The notes under the pieces were generated by a model, which was not told the DNA's origin, made no database searches, and saw only the letters and a list, made by a program, of their open reading frames with translations. The position numbers and the translations under genes are program-made. A stretch of DNA of 64,000 nt from Parvicellaceae bacterium (lineage in GTDB: Bacteria > Bacteroidota > Bacteroidia > Flavobacteriales_D > Parvicellaceae), in assembly GCA_045561415.1 (NCBI GenBank), contig JBJKXU010000038.1, positions 3,003 through 67,002 on the forward strand, read 5' to 3'. Shown here one piece after another: positions 39,461 through 49,124 of the stretch; positions within the stretch are counted from its first letter, which is position 1; each line of letters begins with the position of its first letter.

Positions 39461-40216
39461 TTAGTAATATTTTGCACCAATAAGAAGACTTAGGTACACA
39501 GTTGGGAAAATAAAAGGGTTTTCAATTTCGGTCATTATTGGAATTCTACGTGGATAAGCATCAACTACACCACCCAACTCAAGTGCTTTTATAATTCCCC
39601 GATCATCACTGAACTCAAATTCACATGCCAGTTTCAAAAATCCACCCAAATGAAATTTACCCTCCAAAAATCCTCTGGACCATGGACCACGTCCATAAAT
39701 GTTATAAATGTTATGCTCTTCAGGATCATATTTCTCAATTGAATAACCAATTACCTGACCAAATGAGTCAATATTAAGCACCTCAAGATAAACTGGCTTT
39801 GTTAAACCAATAGAGGGTCCATAAGAATAATTAAATGTAATTTGAAGACCATTGTCCCTAAGTTTCTCGACAAGAATTTTACGCCCTCCGATTCCTGGCC
39901 TAAGTACCATAAATGCGTTTAATTTACCAAAAACGTATCGCTTTGCATTCTCATCTATTGAACCAAAAATTTTGTATTCTTTTTCATGATTCATGGTTAA
40001 TAAATCGATGGTGAAATATTTTTTCTTTTTAAAGGTTTTAAACTTAGAATAATTAAAATTCAGCCCGAAACCTTGAGAATGCATGATAAGCCCACCCCAA
40101 ACTTCCTTGGTGAACCGAGCTTGGTTAATCTGTTCAGCTGGAAGCTGAGCGCAAAGTTCAAGGAAGAGGAACTGTAAAAAAAACAATAAAATAAACGTGT
40201 ATTTTATATTCGTCAT
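39461..40216 (-). CDS. Secreted hypothetical protein (beta-rich, possibly outer membrane)
   Basis: Signal peptide ending ELCAQ, alternating hydrophobic pattern and an aromatic C-terminus (...GAKYY). No family recognised. Confidence 0.55.
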   Translation of the reverse strand: MTNIKYTFILLFFLQFLFLELCAQLPAEQINQARFTKEVWGGLIMHSQGFGLNFNYSKFKTFKKKKYFTIDLLTMNHEKEYKIFGSIDENAKRYVFGKLNAFMVLRPGIGGRKILVEKLRDNGLQITFNYSYGPSIGLTKPVYLEVLNIDSFGQVIGYSIEKYDPEEHNIYNIYGRGPWSRGFLEGKFHLGGFLKLACEFEFSDDRGIIKALELGGVVDAYPRRIPIMTEIENPFIFPTVYLSLLIGAKYY

Positions 40217-40269
40217 CGTAAATCAAAGATAAGGAATATTAAGCAATGGTTGCTTTAGAAAAAAAATTC

Positions 40270-40437
40270 TTAGGAGTTTTCGTTAGACAAAGTCTGTAAT
40301 CGAAGGTCAGCATTTTCAACATCAATTTCTTGATGACCATAAGCAGGGCATCTTTCGTGTGTTGGTCTAAACAAAAAGCAGGATGATGTCATAAAAACAA
40401 CTGCACCTATAATTAAAAATGTTCTTAATCTAATCAT
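40270..40437 (-). CDS. Candidate small lipoprotein (55 aa), absent from the ORF track
   Basis: Translates as MIRLRTFLIIGAVVFMTSSCFLFRPTHERCPAYGHQEIDVENADLRLQTLSNENS. It has a signal peptide with an SSC lipobox, but only weak support otherwise. Confidence 0.35.
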   Translation of the reverse strand: MIRLRTFLIIGAVVFMTSSCFLFRPTHERCPAYGHQEIDVENADLRLQTLSNENS

Positions 40438-40743
40438 CTTAAAAATATTACTTGTTTACAAAGTTAAAAAAATCGGTGTATTACAAAAATAAGTAGTTAT
40501 ATATATGAAAAAAACATTTAAAAAATTTAATTCAATACAAATATTTCCCTATTTATATTCTATAACTTAGCAAATATTGATTTATTATTTTGATGTTAAA
40601 GTATTTCCCGAAATTATTCAATGTGAAGAATCATTAAATTGAAAACACTTGAATAATAATTGTTTATACATCTGTAAAATATATATTTATATATTAAGTT
40701 AACAACTAAGTAGGTTGGGAAAATAAATTTTATGATTTTTTAA

Positions 40744-41433
40744 ATGAGCAATGTTAATAACACGGTAAATAATTTAGCTAGTCAATGGAAATCATTACTA
40801 GCCAATGAGCTAGAGGCTTCTTATTTCCAGTCATTAATAAGCTTAGTTAATAATGACATTGAAGAAAAAACAGTTTACCCCCCTTCTAATCTCATTTTCA
40901 ATGCATTTAACCTCACCTCATTTGAAAAAATTAAAGTGGTTATTATTGGTCAAGACCCTTATTTCAACGCTAATCAAGCAAACGGCCTTAGCTTTTCAGT
41001 AAATAAACAAACGCCAATACCTCCTTCTTTAAAAAACATTTTTAAATCCATTAATAATGATATTAAAGGGTCTAGCTTCAAACATGGTGATCTAACTCAT
41101 TGGGCTAAACAAGGAGTTCTTTTGCTAAATAACTCATTAACTGTAATAAATGGGAAACCCAACTCCCACAATAAGATAGGATGGGAGACATTTACCAATG
41201 CAGTTATCTCAAAAATAGCTAGCTCAAAAGAAAACATCTGCTTCTTTTTATGGGGAGGTCATGCTCATAAAAAAGAAAACTTAATCGCCAATAATAAACA
41301 CCTTATTCTAAAATCTAGCCACCCATCTCCCCTATCTGCTTATAGAGGTTTTTTAAATTGCAATCACTTTTCAAAAGCTAACAGCTACCTATCGGACCAC
41401 AAAAAAGAACCAATAGACTGGAATATTTACTAA
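40744..41433 (+). CDS. ung: Uracil-DNA glycosylase, family 1
   Basis: Contains the catalytic GQDPYF and the HPSPLSA leucine-loop motif. Length is 229 aa. Confidence 0.95.
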   Translation: MSNVNNTVNNLASQWKSLLANELEASYFQSLISLVNNDIEEKTVYPPSNLIFNAFNLTSFEKIKVVIIGQDPYFNANQANGLSFSVNKQTPIPPSLKNIFKSINNDIKGSSFKHGDLTHWAKQGVLLLNNSLTVINGKPNSHNKIGWETFTNAVISKIASSKENICFFLWGGHAHKKENLIANNKHLILKSSHPSPLSAYRGFLNCNHFSKANSYLSDHKKEPIDWNIY

Positions 41434-41445
41434 TATTAGTGCTAA

Positions 41446-43113
41446 ATGAAAAATGGGATTTCATTACTATTTATTTTAATACAACTGAGTTTCTATTCAC
41501 AGAGAATTGAGCTAACTATTTATGGTGCTGATGAAAAAGAAATGATAATTAATAGCAAGTCCTTATTAGACTCAAAAGAACAGGCAACTGCTATTTGGTT
41601 AAAACTCATCGAACAAGGCTACCTTTCCGCTTCTATTGATTCATTATCGTTTAAAGACTCATTACAACACTATGCATCAATAAAAAAGGGAGAACGATAT
41701 AAGCTGGCCACTTTTTCGACAAATATACCTGATGAAATAAGGGACAAAATTGGCATTCCAAAAAACAAAAACAAAGCTTCATATTTCTCTCCTATTGAAT
41801 TGAAAAATATTATACAAAAAATTCTAGGCTATTGCAGCAACAATGGACACCCCTTTGCAGCAATTAAAATCAACAAATCAACTATAAATAAAACTGAAAT
41901 CAATGTTCAGCTTGAACTTGAGATAGGACCAAGAATAATTGTTAAAGAAATTATTCTTCCAAAAGAGCTTAACGGCCAATCGGCAATTATCCAACAAATA
42001 ATCAACATAAAAGAAAATGAACAGTTTAATGAAAACAAAATAAAAGCCATAAGCTCAAGAATAAAAGAAACTTCATATTTGAAAGAAATAAAGCCAGCAG
42101 AATATGAAATTATCAACAACAAGCTTTCTCTGTATTTATATGTAAAAAACACATCTGCAAAGTTCATTAATGGTGTGATTGGAATACAACCTCAGGAAAA
42201 TGAAAAAATAAGCTTCACTGGAGATGCCAACATAAGACTTGAAAACGCCTTTAAAATTGGGGAGAAACTGAGCCTAAACTGGAAAAAAATGTACGCCCTC
42301 TCACAATCCTTAGACGCTCAAATAAGCTTTCCATATTTGTTTAAATCAAGTTTTGGGATTTTCAATAAAACAGACATGATGAAAAAGGACTCTTCTTTTT
42401 TTAATTTAAACAATAGATTTGGATCATCATTTTCATTTACTAAAAGAAAAACAGTACGATTCTATTATCAATACAATTTATCTAACTCACTTCAAAGCTC
42501 ACTAACGAACCAAAGAAACACTCAATTAAATGCAATTGGGCTCTCCTTTGAATCAAATGATCTTGACTACATTTTTAACCCTAGAAAAGGACTATATATA
42601 AAAGGTGATTTTAAATTAGGCAACAAGACCATTATAAATGCTGAAGACTCCACAAATAATCCTTTAAAAACAATTGACTACCAGTTAAATTTTAAAATTT
42701 ATAACTTTTTTAGGTTTGGGAAAAATAGCACCATAAAAATAGGCGGAACTTATCAGTCAATAATCAACCCGTTAATTTATGAAAACGAACTGCTAAGAAT
42801 TGGAGGAAACAATGATTTAAGAGGGTTTGATGAGCAAAGCATTTTAGTCTCCTCATTTGCTATTGCTGAAGTTGAATACCGACTAATTCTTGAAGAAAAT
42901 TCGAACATTTTTTGCTTTTTTAATTACGCATGGACTGAAAAAAAGACGACATTAGTTTACAGAAGAGATAATCCATTTTCTGGAGGCATTGGAATTAACT
43001 TTGAAACAAAACCGGGAATATTCTCAATCAGCTATGCTTTAGGAGCTCAAGAGAACAACCCAATATTATTTAAAACTGCAAAAATTCACTTTGGTTTTGT
43101 TAACTATTTTTAA
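41446..43113 (+). CDS. Omp85 (BamA/TamA-like, bacterial surface antigen) family outer-membrane protein
   Basis: Has a signal peptide and an N-terminal POTRA-like region. The barrel region carries RIGGNNDLRGFDEQS and GGIGINFETKPGIFSISYA and ends in a C-terminal ...FGFVNYF. Confidence 0.7.
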   Translation: MKNGISLLFILIQLSFYSQRIELTIYGADEKEMIINSKSLLDSKEQATAIWLKLIEQGYLSASIDSLSFKDSLQHYASIKKGERYKLATFSTNIPDEIRDKIGIPKNKNKASYFSPIELKNIIQKILGYCSNNGHPFAAIKINKSTINKTEINVQLELEIGPRIIVKEIILPKELNGQSAIIQQIINIKENEQFNENKIKAISSRIKETSYLKEIKPAEYEIINNKLSLYLYVKNTSAKFINGVIGIQPQENEKISFTGDANIRLENAFKIGEKLSLNWKKMYALSQSLDAQISFPYLFKSSFGIFNKTDMMKKDSSFFNLNNRFGSSFSFTKRKTVRFYYQYNLSNSLQSSLTNQRNTQLNAIGLSFESNDLDYIFNPRKGLYIKGDFKLGNKTIINAEDSTNNPLKTIDYQLNFKIYNFFRFGKNSTIKIGGTYQSIINPLIYENELLRIGGNNDLRGFDEQSILVSSFAIAEVEYRLILEENSNIFCFFNYAWTEKKTTLVYRRDNPFSGGIGINFETKPGIFSISYALGAQENNPILFKTAKIHFGFVNYF

Positions 43114-43117
43114 GCAC

Positions 43118-43738
43118 ATGAAAATCTATTTTCTTACATTATCAATTGGCTTTTTAAGTTGCATGAACCTTGGATATGGACAGCAAAGTAAGACGACAAA
43201 CTTTGACGAATTAATAATAGATTTTGTTAGTTCAACCTACCCAGATTACACCTTTTCAAACTTTATTTATGTAGGAATTAAAAGACAAGAACTTGTTCTT
43301 TTCGAGAACGCTAAAATAGTAAACAAATATCCCATATCAAGTGCAAAAAATGGTTCAGGAAATGAATTTAACAGCGAGAAAACACCTCTTGGACTGCACA
43401 CAATAAAAAGCAAATACGGCCACAAAACACCAACCTGTGGAGTTTTTGATCATCGAAAATTCACAGGTGAAATCACCACCATTAATCATGACACCCTTAG
43501 CACCAACAAAGACATCATTAGTTCAAGAATCATAAGAATTGAAGGATTAGAACAAGGCTACAATAAAGGGGAAGGAGTTGACACCTATATGCGTAAAATC
43601 TACATTCATGGAACTAATGAAGAAGGACTAATAGGTCAACAAGTTTCTCATGGCTGTATAAGAATGAAAAATATAGATATTGTTGAACTTTTTAATAAAG
43701 TTAACAATAACACGCTAATAGTAATATTAGACAACTAA
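43118..43738 (+). CDS. L,D-transpeptidase (YkuD family)
   Basis: The ATG at 43118 gives the signal peptide MKIYFLTLSIGFLSC. The catalytic motif is IHGTNEEGLIGQQVSHGCIRM. Confidence 0.85.
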   Translation: MKIYFLTLSIGFLSCMNLGYGQQSKTTNFDELIIDFVSSTYPDYTFSNFIYVGIKRQELVLFENAKIVNKYPISSAKNGSGNEFNSEKTPLGLHTIKSKYGHKTPTCGVFDHRKFTGEITTINHDTLSTNKDIISSRIIRIEGLEQGYNKGEGVDTYMRKIYIHGTNEEGLIGQQVSHGCIRMKNIDIVELFNKVNNNTLIVILDN

Positions 43739-43746
43739 CATTAATG

Positions 43747-43777
43747 TTTGATATCACACATCAAAATTGTAAATTCG
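43747..43777 (+). promoter_or_regulatory. Candidate Bacteroidota-type promoter for ahcY
   Basis: TTTG, then a 19-nt spacer, then TAAATTCG (one mismatch to TAnnTTTG), 28 nt upstream of the ATG. Confidence 0.35.
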
Positions 43778-43805
43778 CACAGTTAAAATTAACAAGCTAT
43801 ATAAA

Positions 43806-45119
43806 ATGAACAATACAACAGAAAAATTACCCTATAAAGTTAAGGACATCAGTCTTGCTGACTGGGGAAGAAAAGAAATTAAAATTGCTGAAGCTGAAAT
43901 GCCTGGTTTAATGAGTTTAAGAGAAGAATTTGGGAACACTAAGCCTTTAGCAGGAGCTAGAATTGCTGGATGTCTTCATATGACCATTCAAACTGCTGTT
44001 CTTATTGAAACTCTAGTTGAACTTGGTGCTGAAGTTACCTGGTCTTCTTGCAATATTTTTTCCACACAAGATCAAGCAGCTGCTGCAATTGCTGCTACAG
44101 GTGTTCCTGTTTATGCTTGGAAAGGATTAAACGAGGAAGAGTTTGATTGGTGTATAGAACAAACTATTTTTGGTTTTGAAGATGGAAAACCATTAAATAT
44201 GATTCTTGATGATGGTGGTGACTTAACTAACATGGTCTTTGATAAGTTTCCTGAACTTTGTAAAGACATTAAAGGTCTTTCTGAAGAAACTACTACTGGA
44301 GTTCATAGACTATATGAAAGAGTTAAAAATGGAACATTAGTTATGCCTGCTATTAACGTAAATGACTCTGTTACAAAATCTAAATTTGACAATAAATACG
44401 GATGTAAAGAATCGCTAGTAGATGCTATAAGAAGAGCTACTGATGTGATGATGGCTGGTAAAGTTGCTGTTGTTGCAGGATATGGTGATGTTGGTAAAGG
44501 TTCAGCTGCTTCTTTGCAAGGCGCTGGAGCTAGAGTAATTGTTACAGAGATTGATCCCATTTGCGCTCTTCAGGCTGCTATGGATGGTTTTGAAGTTAAG
44601 AAAATGGATACTGCTTGTAAAGAAGCAAATATCATTGTCACTACTACTGGTAATAAAGACATTATTCAAGGTCATCATTTTGAAAGCATGAAAGATCAAA
44701 CTATAGTTTGTAACATTGGTCACTTCGACAATGAGATAGATATTAGTTGGTTGAACAATAAATATGGAAACACAAAAGACACCATAAAACCACAAGTTGA
44801 TATGTATAACATCAATGGTAAAACAATTTATGTTTTAGCAGAAGGTAGATTAGTAAATCTAGGTTGTGCAACAGGTCATCCATCTTTTGTTATGAGTAAT
44901 TCATTTACTAACCAAACATTAGCTCAAATTGAATTATGGACAAATTCAGAGGCATACAGCAATGAAGTTTACATGCTTCCTAAACATTTAGATGAAAAAG
45001 TGGCTAAACTACACCTAGAAAAAATTGGTGTTGAATTGGAAGAATTAAGGACAGATCAAGCAGATTATATTGGTGTTAAAGTTGAAGGTCCATACAAGCC
45101 TGAGCATTACAGATATTAA
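43806..45119 (+). CDS. ahcY: Adenosylhomocysteinase
   Basis: Contains [16 protein letters not shown], the NAD-binding [10 protein letters not shown], and the C-terminal ...YKPEHYRY. Length is 437 aa. Confidence 0.97.
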   Translation: MNNTTEKLPYKVKDISLADWGRKEIKIAEAEMPGLMSLREEFGNTKPLAGARIAGCLHMTIQTAVLIETLVELGAEVTWSSCNIFSTQDQAAAAIAATGVPVYAWKGLNEEEFDWCIEQTIFGFEDGKPLNMILDDGGDLTNMVFDKFPELCKDIKGLSEETTTGVHRLYERVKNGTLVMPAINVNDSVTKSKFDNKYGCKESLVDAIRRATDVMMAGKVAVVAGYGDVGKGSAASLQGAGARVIVTEIDPICALQAAMDGFEVKKMDTACKEANIIVTTTGNKDIIQGHHFESMKDQTIVCNIGHFDNEIDISWLNNKYGNTKDTIKPQVDMYNINGKTIYVLAEGRLVNLGCATGHPSFVMSNSFTNQTLAQIELWTNSEAYSNEVYMLPKHLDEKVAKLHLEKIGVELEELRTDQADYIGVKVEGPYKPEHYRY

Positions 45120-45139
45120 TTTTAATTATAAAATTTCAA

Positions 45140-45167
45140 AGTCCTCCAATTGGGGGACTTTTTTTTT
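45140..45167 (+). terminator. Intrinsic terminator downstream of ahcY
   Basis: AGTCCTCC-AATT-GGGGGACT hairpin (one G-U pair) followed by a T9 run, ending immediately before the next ATG. Confidence 0.7.
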
Positions 45168-45926
45168 ATGAATCTTAAAAAAAGAATACTCTACTATTTA
45201 ATTGGGCTCTCTCTTGGGCTTGTTATAGTTGTATCAACACTTGGAGTAAGAGGTTGTGATTGGCTGCCTGAAAACAGGATAAAAACAGCCATAGCTAAGA
45301 CTCAGGTTTATGTGTCAGAAAACAATCTTAATAGGATAAATTGCTCCAATTATAATAATGCTATTTTCAGCTTATTAAACAACGGAGAAATTGACTTCTC
45401 AAAAAGCGACACAAAAAACAAGCTTAAAACTTACTTTATAAGTGACAATAAAATAAGTTTAAAAATATCCATTAACCTAGAGGACACTGTTTCTAAAATA
45501 ATTGCAATTGACGGTCTTGAAAAATGTGAAGACAACCCAGGATCAAACGTGTTTGTTCCTTTAAACATGACCAACTCGATGACATTGGAGATGTTAAGAA
45601 AAAACCCAATTAAGAAAGACTCGTATTTTAATTGTGGAACTCGCTGCTTTAATCTTGATAGTGTTTTTACTAGTTCCATTCTACATAAAGGAAAAATACT
45701 ATTTAACCATAGCAAGCCAAAAAACAAACCGAATCCAATTTATGTTATACAGCACAGTTCTAATAGTTCAAAATTTATTGTCCTTGTCCAACAAGGTGAA
45801 AAAAAAACAAGGTTTAAAAAAATAGCTTTTCTTGAAAAGCTACAAGAAAAAACAATCACCACATCTTTCATTGATTCTTTAATAAACCTAAAAAACTTAC
45901 CTGAAAGCTGTAATTGTAACGATTAG
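45168..45926 (+). CDS. Membrane-anchored hypothetical protein
   Basis: The ATG at 45168 (MNLKKRILYYLIGLSLGLVIVVS, a TM anchor) is preferred. The track start at 45150 lies inside the ahcY terminator hairpin. Confidence 0.55.
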   Translation: MNLKKRILYYLIGLSLGLVIVVSTLGVRGCDWLPENRIKTAIAKTQVYVSENNLNRINCSNYNNAIFSLLNNGEIDFSKSDTKNKLKTYFISDNKISLKISINLEDTVSKIIAIDGLEKCEDNPGSNVFVPLNMTNSMTLEMLRKNPIKKDSYFNCGTRCFNLDSVFTSSILHKGKILFNHSKPKNKPNPIYVIQHSSNSSKFIVLVQQGEKKTRFKKIAFLEKLQEKTITTSFIDSLINLKNLPESCNCND

Positions 45927-46771
45927 TTTTCAGCGATAAAATCAATCAGATCATTTGCTGATTGACTGGGTATTTCTTCCATAGGAATATGTCCAACATC
46001 TTTATACATCAACACTTTAGCATTTGGAAGATCATTTTCAAAATACTGCGCATGAGTTGGGCTTATCCACTTATCTTGATCGCCCCACATAATCAAAACA
46101 GGCAAAGACAAATCACATAGCTTATCGGTGTTTTGAATAAGTTTAGAATTTGCAATATTAAGAAAAGCCTCAATATTTCCCTCTCGTTGAATCAAGTAAT
46201 AATATCGATCAACAAGCTCATCAGTAACTAAGGTCTGGTTATTAAATACTTGTCTTATGAATCTTCTTACCGCAGCTTTAGGGATGAAATTAAATACATT
46301 TCTTAGAACTGGAGTTTGAGCAATCACAAAAGGTAACGGATAATTTTTATCGTTAATGTACCCAGCTGAGTTCAACAAAATAAGTTTATTGACTTGATGT
46401 TTTTGTTTTATAGCAAGCTCCCATGCAAACCAACCTCCCAATGAGTTACCAGCTAAATAATAGCTCTTAACCTCAATCAATTGAAGAAATTTCTCAATAA
46501 AAGCTAAAAAAATAGGAATACTATATTTATTATTTAGTGAGGGTCCAGTTATTCCAAAACCCGGTAAATCTAAACGAATTACTCTAAACTTAGATTTCAA
46601 AATATTTACCCACTCATCAAAGGTATGAAGAGAAGAAAAAGTTCCGTGTAACAGCAACAAACACTCCCCTTCGCCTTCATCTTTGTAATGGACTTTCAAC
46701 CCATCAACATCAATAAATTTTGAATTCTTGTCCGTATATTTATTGATTACTTCCTCTAGATTCATATTCAT
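45923..46771 (-). CDS. Alpha/beta-fold hydrolase
   Basis: Contains LLLLHGTFSS, the nucleophile elbow GNSLGG, and the C-terminal GHIPMEE histidine motif. Confidence 0.8.
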   Translation of the reverse strand: MNMNLEEVINKYTDKNSKFIDVDGLKVHYKDEGEGECLLLLHGTFSSLHTFDEWVNILKSKFRVIRLDLPGFGITGPSLNNKYSIPIFLAFIEKFLQLIEVKSYYLAGNSLGGWFAWELAIKQKHQVNKLILLNSAGYINDKNYPLPFVIAQTPVLRNVFNFIPKAAVRRFIRQVFNNQTLVTDELVDRYYYLIQREGNIEAFLNIANSKLIQNTDKLCDLSLPVLIMWGDQDKWISPTHAQYFENDLPNAKVLMYKDVGHIPMEEIPSQSANDLIDFIAEN

Positions 46772-46909
46772 TATAAGAACTAAATATAATCATTTTGGCT
46801 AATGATTGTATAACAAATAAATAAGGTTTCTTAGTCTATCAAATTTCAAAATATTCAAAATTAACTCTTTTAAATTCTGCCATTTTTATACATTTAGAAT
46901 TCCTACACT

Positions 46910-47470
46910 ATGAAATATTTTATTTTAACACTATCCATATGTTTTTTTTGCATGAAAAGTTTTTCTCAAGAAACTTACTCAAAAAACAACATCTACATAG
47001 AATTATTAGGTAAGGGGTTTTATTATTCTATTAATTACGAAAGAACATTATTTCGTTTAAATGAAATAATTTCTACCAATGCAAGCATTGGAATTAGTGT
47101 CTTTCCTGGCTTAACGTCAATTGAAAAATCTACTGACATTCTAATTCCAATTGAAAACAACTTCTGCTTTTCAAAACAAAATCATCATGCAGTTGTTGGA
47201 TACGGAACAACTTTTTGGAGCTACAAGGTGAATTACATTGACATAGACAATACTAATTTATCGCAACAACCTTTACCCCCTTCATTGATTCGTGTAAATG
47301 AATGGTTTGCTCATCTACTATTGGAGTATCGTTTTCAAAAACCATCAGGTGGATTTTTATTCAAAGTTGGCTATTGCCCACTTTTCTTTGCCCCTAGTGA
47401 AAACACAAATTTTAACAAAAATTCAAATTACCAAACCTCATTTAATCTTGGGATTGGATGGAGTTTTTAA
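46910..47470 (+). CDS. Small putative outer-membrane beta-barrel protein
   Basis: Signal peptide ending SFSQ, alternating strand-like pattern and the terminal ...LGIGWSF aromatic signature. Confidence 0.5.
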   Translation: MKYFILTLSICFFCMKSFSQETYSKNNIYIELLGKGFYYSINYERTLFRLNEIISTNASIGISVFPGLTSIEKSTDILIPIENNFCFSKQNHHAVVGYGTTFWSYKVNYIDIDNTNLSQQPLPPSLIRVNEWFAHLLLEYRFQKPSGGFLFKVGYCPLFFAPSENTNFNKNSNYQTSFNLGIGWSF

Positions 47471-47479
47471 ACTGAAAGA

Positions 47480-48034
47480 ATGAAATACTATTGCCTACTT
47501 ATTTGTATAACCATTTGCTGTGGTTGTAAAAAATCCATTATAGAACAAGACACAAAAATTGGAGGATGCACTGACATTGACTCTCCTATATACAACCCTA
47601 ATGTAGATTTTGAAGACGCTTCATGCCTGTATGCATATGTTAGTGAATATGAAATCTCCTTTTACCCAAATGAAGATCCTAATGCTTCATGGCCAGTTTT
47701 AACATGGGATGACCCCATTTCAGGTTCTGAAGCTGATCTAATTCTTACCATTAAAGATAAAGAAACCAATACCACTATTTTCTTGTCCTCAGAAAAACCG
47801 GATCAAACCTATAATGTTCCAGCAATCTGGAATGCTCCTGTTAACATAAAACTATTTAATAAAGCATACGAATGGGAACTGGTAGATTCTGATGGGTTAA
47901 ATGATGATGATTTTATAGCTTCAGGAGAATTTAACCCAATATTGCTAGCCAATGACGGTGAAATAACAACCATAGGATATCACACAGCTGGGAATCAATC
48001 GCAATTAAAAATAAGGTATAATCTAGCCCCTTAA
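47480..48034 (+). CDS. Hypothetical lipoprotein
   Basis: The lipobox region is LLICITICCGCKK. The mature part is acidic and soluble. No family recognised. Confidence 0.5.
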   Translation: MKYYCLLICITICCGCKKSIIEQDTKIGGCTDIDSPIYNPNVDFEDASCLYAYVSEYEISFYPNEDPNASWPVLTWDDPISGSEADLILTIKDKETNTTIFLSSEKPDQTYNVPAIWNAPVNIKLFNKAYEWELVDSDGLNDDDFIASGEFNPILLANDGEITTIGYHTAGNQSQLKIRYNLAP

Positions 48035-49121
48035 GTTATTACCCTCCTGTAAAATAAATAAAGTGCAATACAGGAAAAAATCAAATTGGGAACCCAAACA
48101 GCAACAATAGGATACAACCCAATATTAGTAGCAGCGACAGTAGTCATTTTCATGAAAAAAATATATACCAAACCAAAACCTAAACCGATAACTAGGTTTT
48201 TACCCACACCCTCTCTTGACTTAACTGAGGCAACAGAGATTCCAATTATAGTTAAAATATAAGCAGCAAATGGATAGGCTGAGCGCTCATATTTAGCAAT
48301 ATCTATAAAGGTAGTAGCATTCCCTTTTTGTTCCTCTTTTTTCCTGAATTTAACAAGTTCTGGAGTTGTCATAGCAAAGGTAATTTCACTTCGATGACCT
48401 AAATCGGTTAAGTTAAATTGAGTGTCGTATCTATTTGATTATAAAATTGCGTTTCTTCATTGGTGTTGTTCACTTGACGTATAAAAACATTATTCAGCTC
48501 CCAATTGTTACTAACACTATCTCCATAGGCTTTTTCAACTTGCATGTCACTTTTTAGTATCCACTTATTATTAGCTACCTCTTCCCATTGCTCAATCCAC
48601 ATTCTTCGAACCATAGTTTTATTTCCAACAAACTGCCTGTAGCTAACAAGTGTTCCTTTTTTAATTTCTAAGTGAACATCCTTAAAATTCACATTATAAT
48701 TGGTATATAAATTTTCAAATTCGAGTCTGTTTTGATTAGCAATTGGAGCTATTAGGTGATTCATAAACAAAGAAATTACCAATAGAAAGGTAGAAGCTAT
48801 CATGTAGGGCCTAGAAAATCGCCAAAAACTAACACCATTACTAAGAATCGCTATTATCTCAGATCTTTGAGACATAAAACTTGTAAACCAAAGTACAGAA
48901 AGGAAAATTATTAATGATGAAAATAAATTAGCATAATGAATGAAAAAATAAGGATAATAGCCCAACACAATATCGGCAATTGACAGCTCATTTTCAGGAT
49001 CCATAAAATCACTCAACTTCTCGCTTATGTCAAAAATAATGGAAATGCTCATCACCACCATTATCATAAAAACATAGGTTCCTAAAAATTTCTTTATTAT
49101 GTATAAATCTAATTTTTTCAT
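48031..49121 (-). pseudogene. LptF/LptG-family LPS export permease, reading frame disrupted
   Basis: The N-terminal ORF (MKKLDLYIIKKFLGTYVFMIM...) and the C-terminal ORF (...MTTPELVKFRKKEEQKG...YERSAYPFAAYILTIIGISVASVKSREG...AVWVPNLIF...) are colinear with YjgP/YjgQ permeases. The frame change maps to 48411-48438. Confidence 0.8.
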
Positions 49122-49124
49122 CTT

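Noticed and set aside
40505-40570. A 21-codon ORF (MKKTFKKFNSIQIFPYLYSIT) in the long intergenic region.
   Set aside because: It is too short and compositionally indistinguishable from AT-rich non-coding sequence. I mention it only as part of the intergenic finding.
40438-40743. The AT-rich tract as a replication origin.
   Set aside because: I found no TTATCCACA-type DnaA boxes on either strand. There is no dnaA, dnaN or gidA-type neighbour, and rsmG is 12 kb away.
43739-43805. A possible SAH riboswitch upstream of ahcY.
   Set aside because: The gap is only 67 nt and mostly consumed by a promoter-like TTTG/TAAATTCG pair. I see no GC-rich pseudoknot-forming segments expected of an SAH element.
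44303-44795. Two antisense ORFs within ahcY, of 85 and 97 aa.
   Set aside because: They are contained in the highly conserved adenosylhomocysteinase gene and are typical antisense frame artefacts.
45150-45167. The track start codon (TTG, MGDFFFMNLKK) for the gene after ahcY.
   Set aside because: These 18 nt form the 3' half and T-run of the ahcY terminator hairpin. The ATG at 45168 directly precedes the TM anchor and is the more plausible start.
47298-47483. A 61-aa ORF overlapping the end of 46910-47470 and the start of 47480-48034.
   Set aside because: It sits in an alternative frame of a longer ORF that has a signal peptide and an OMP-like C-terminus. There is no independent support.
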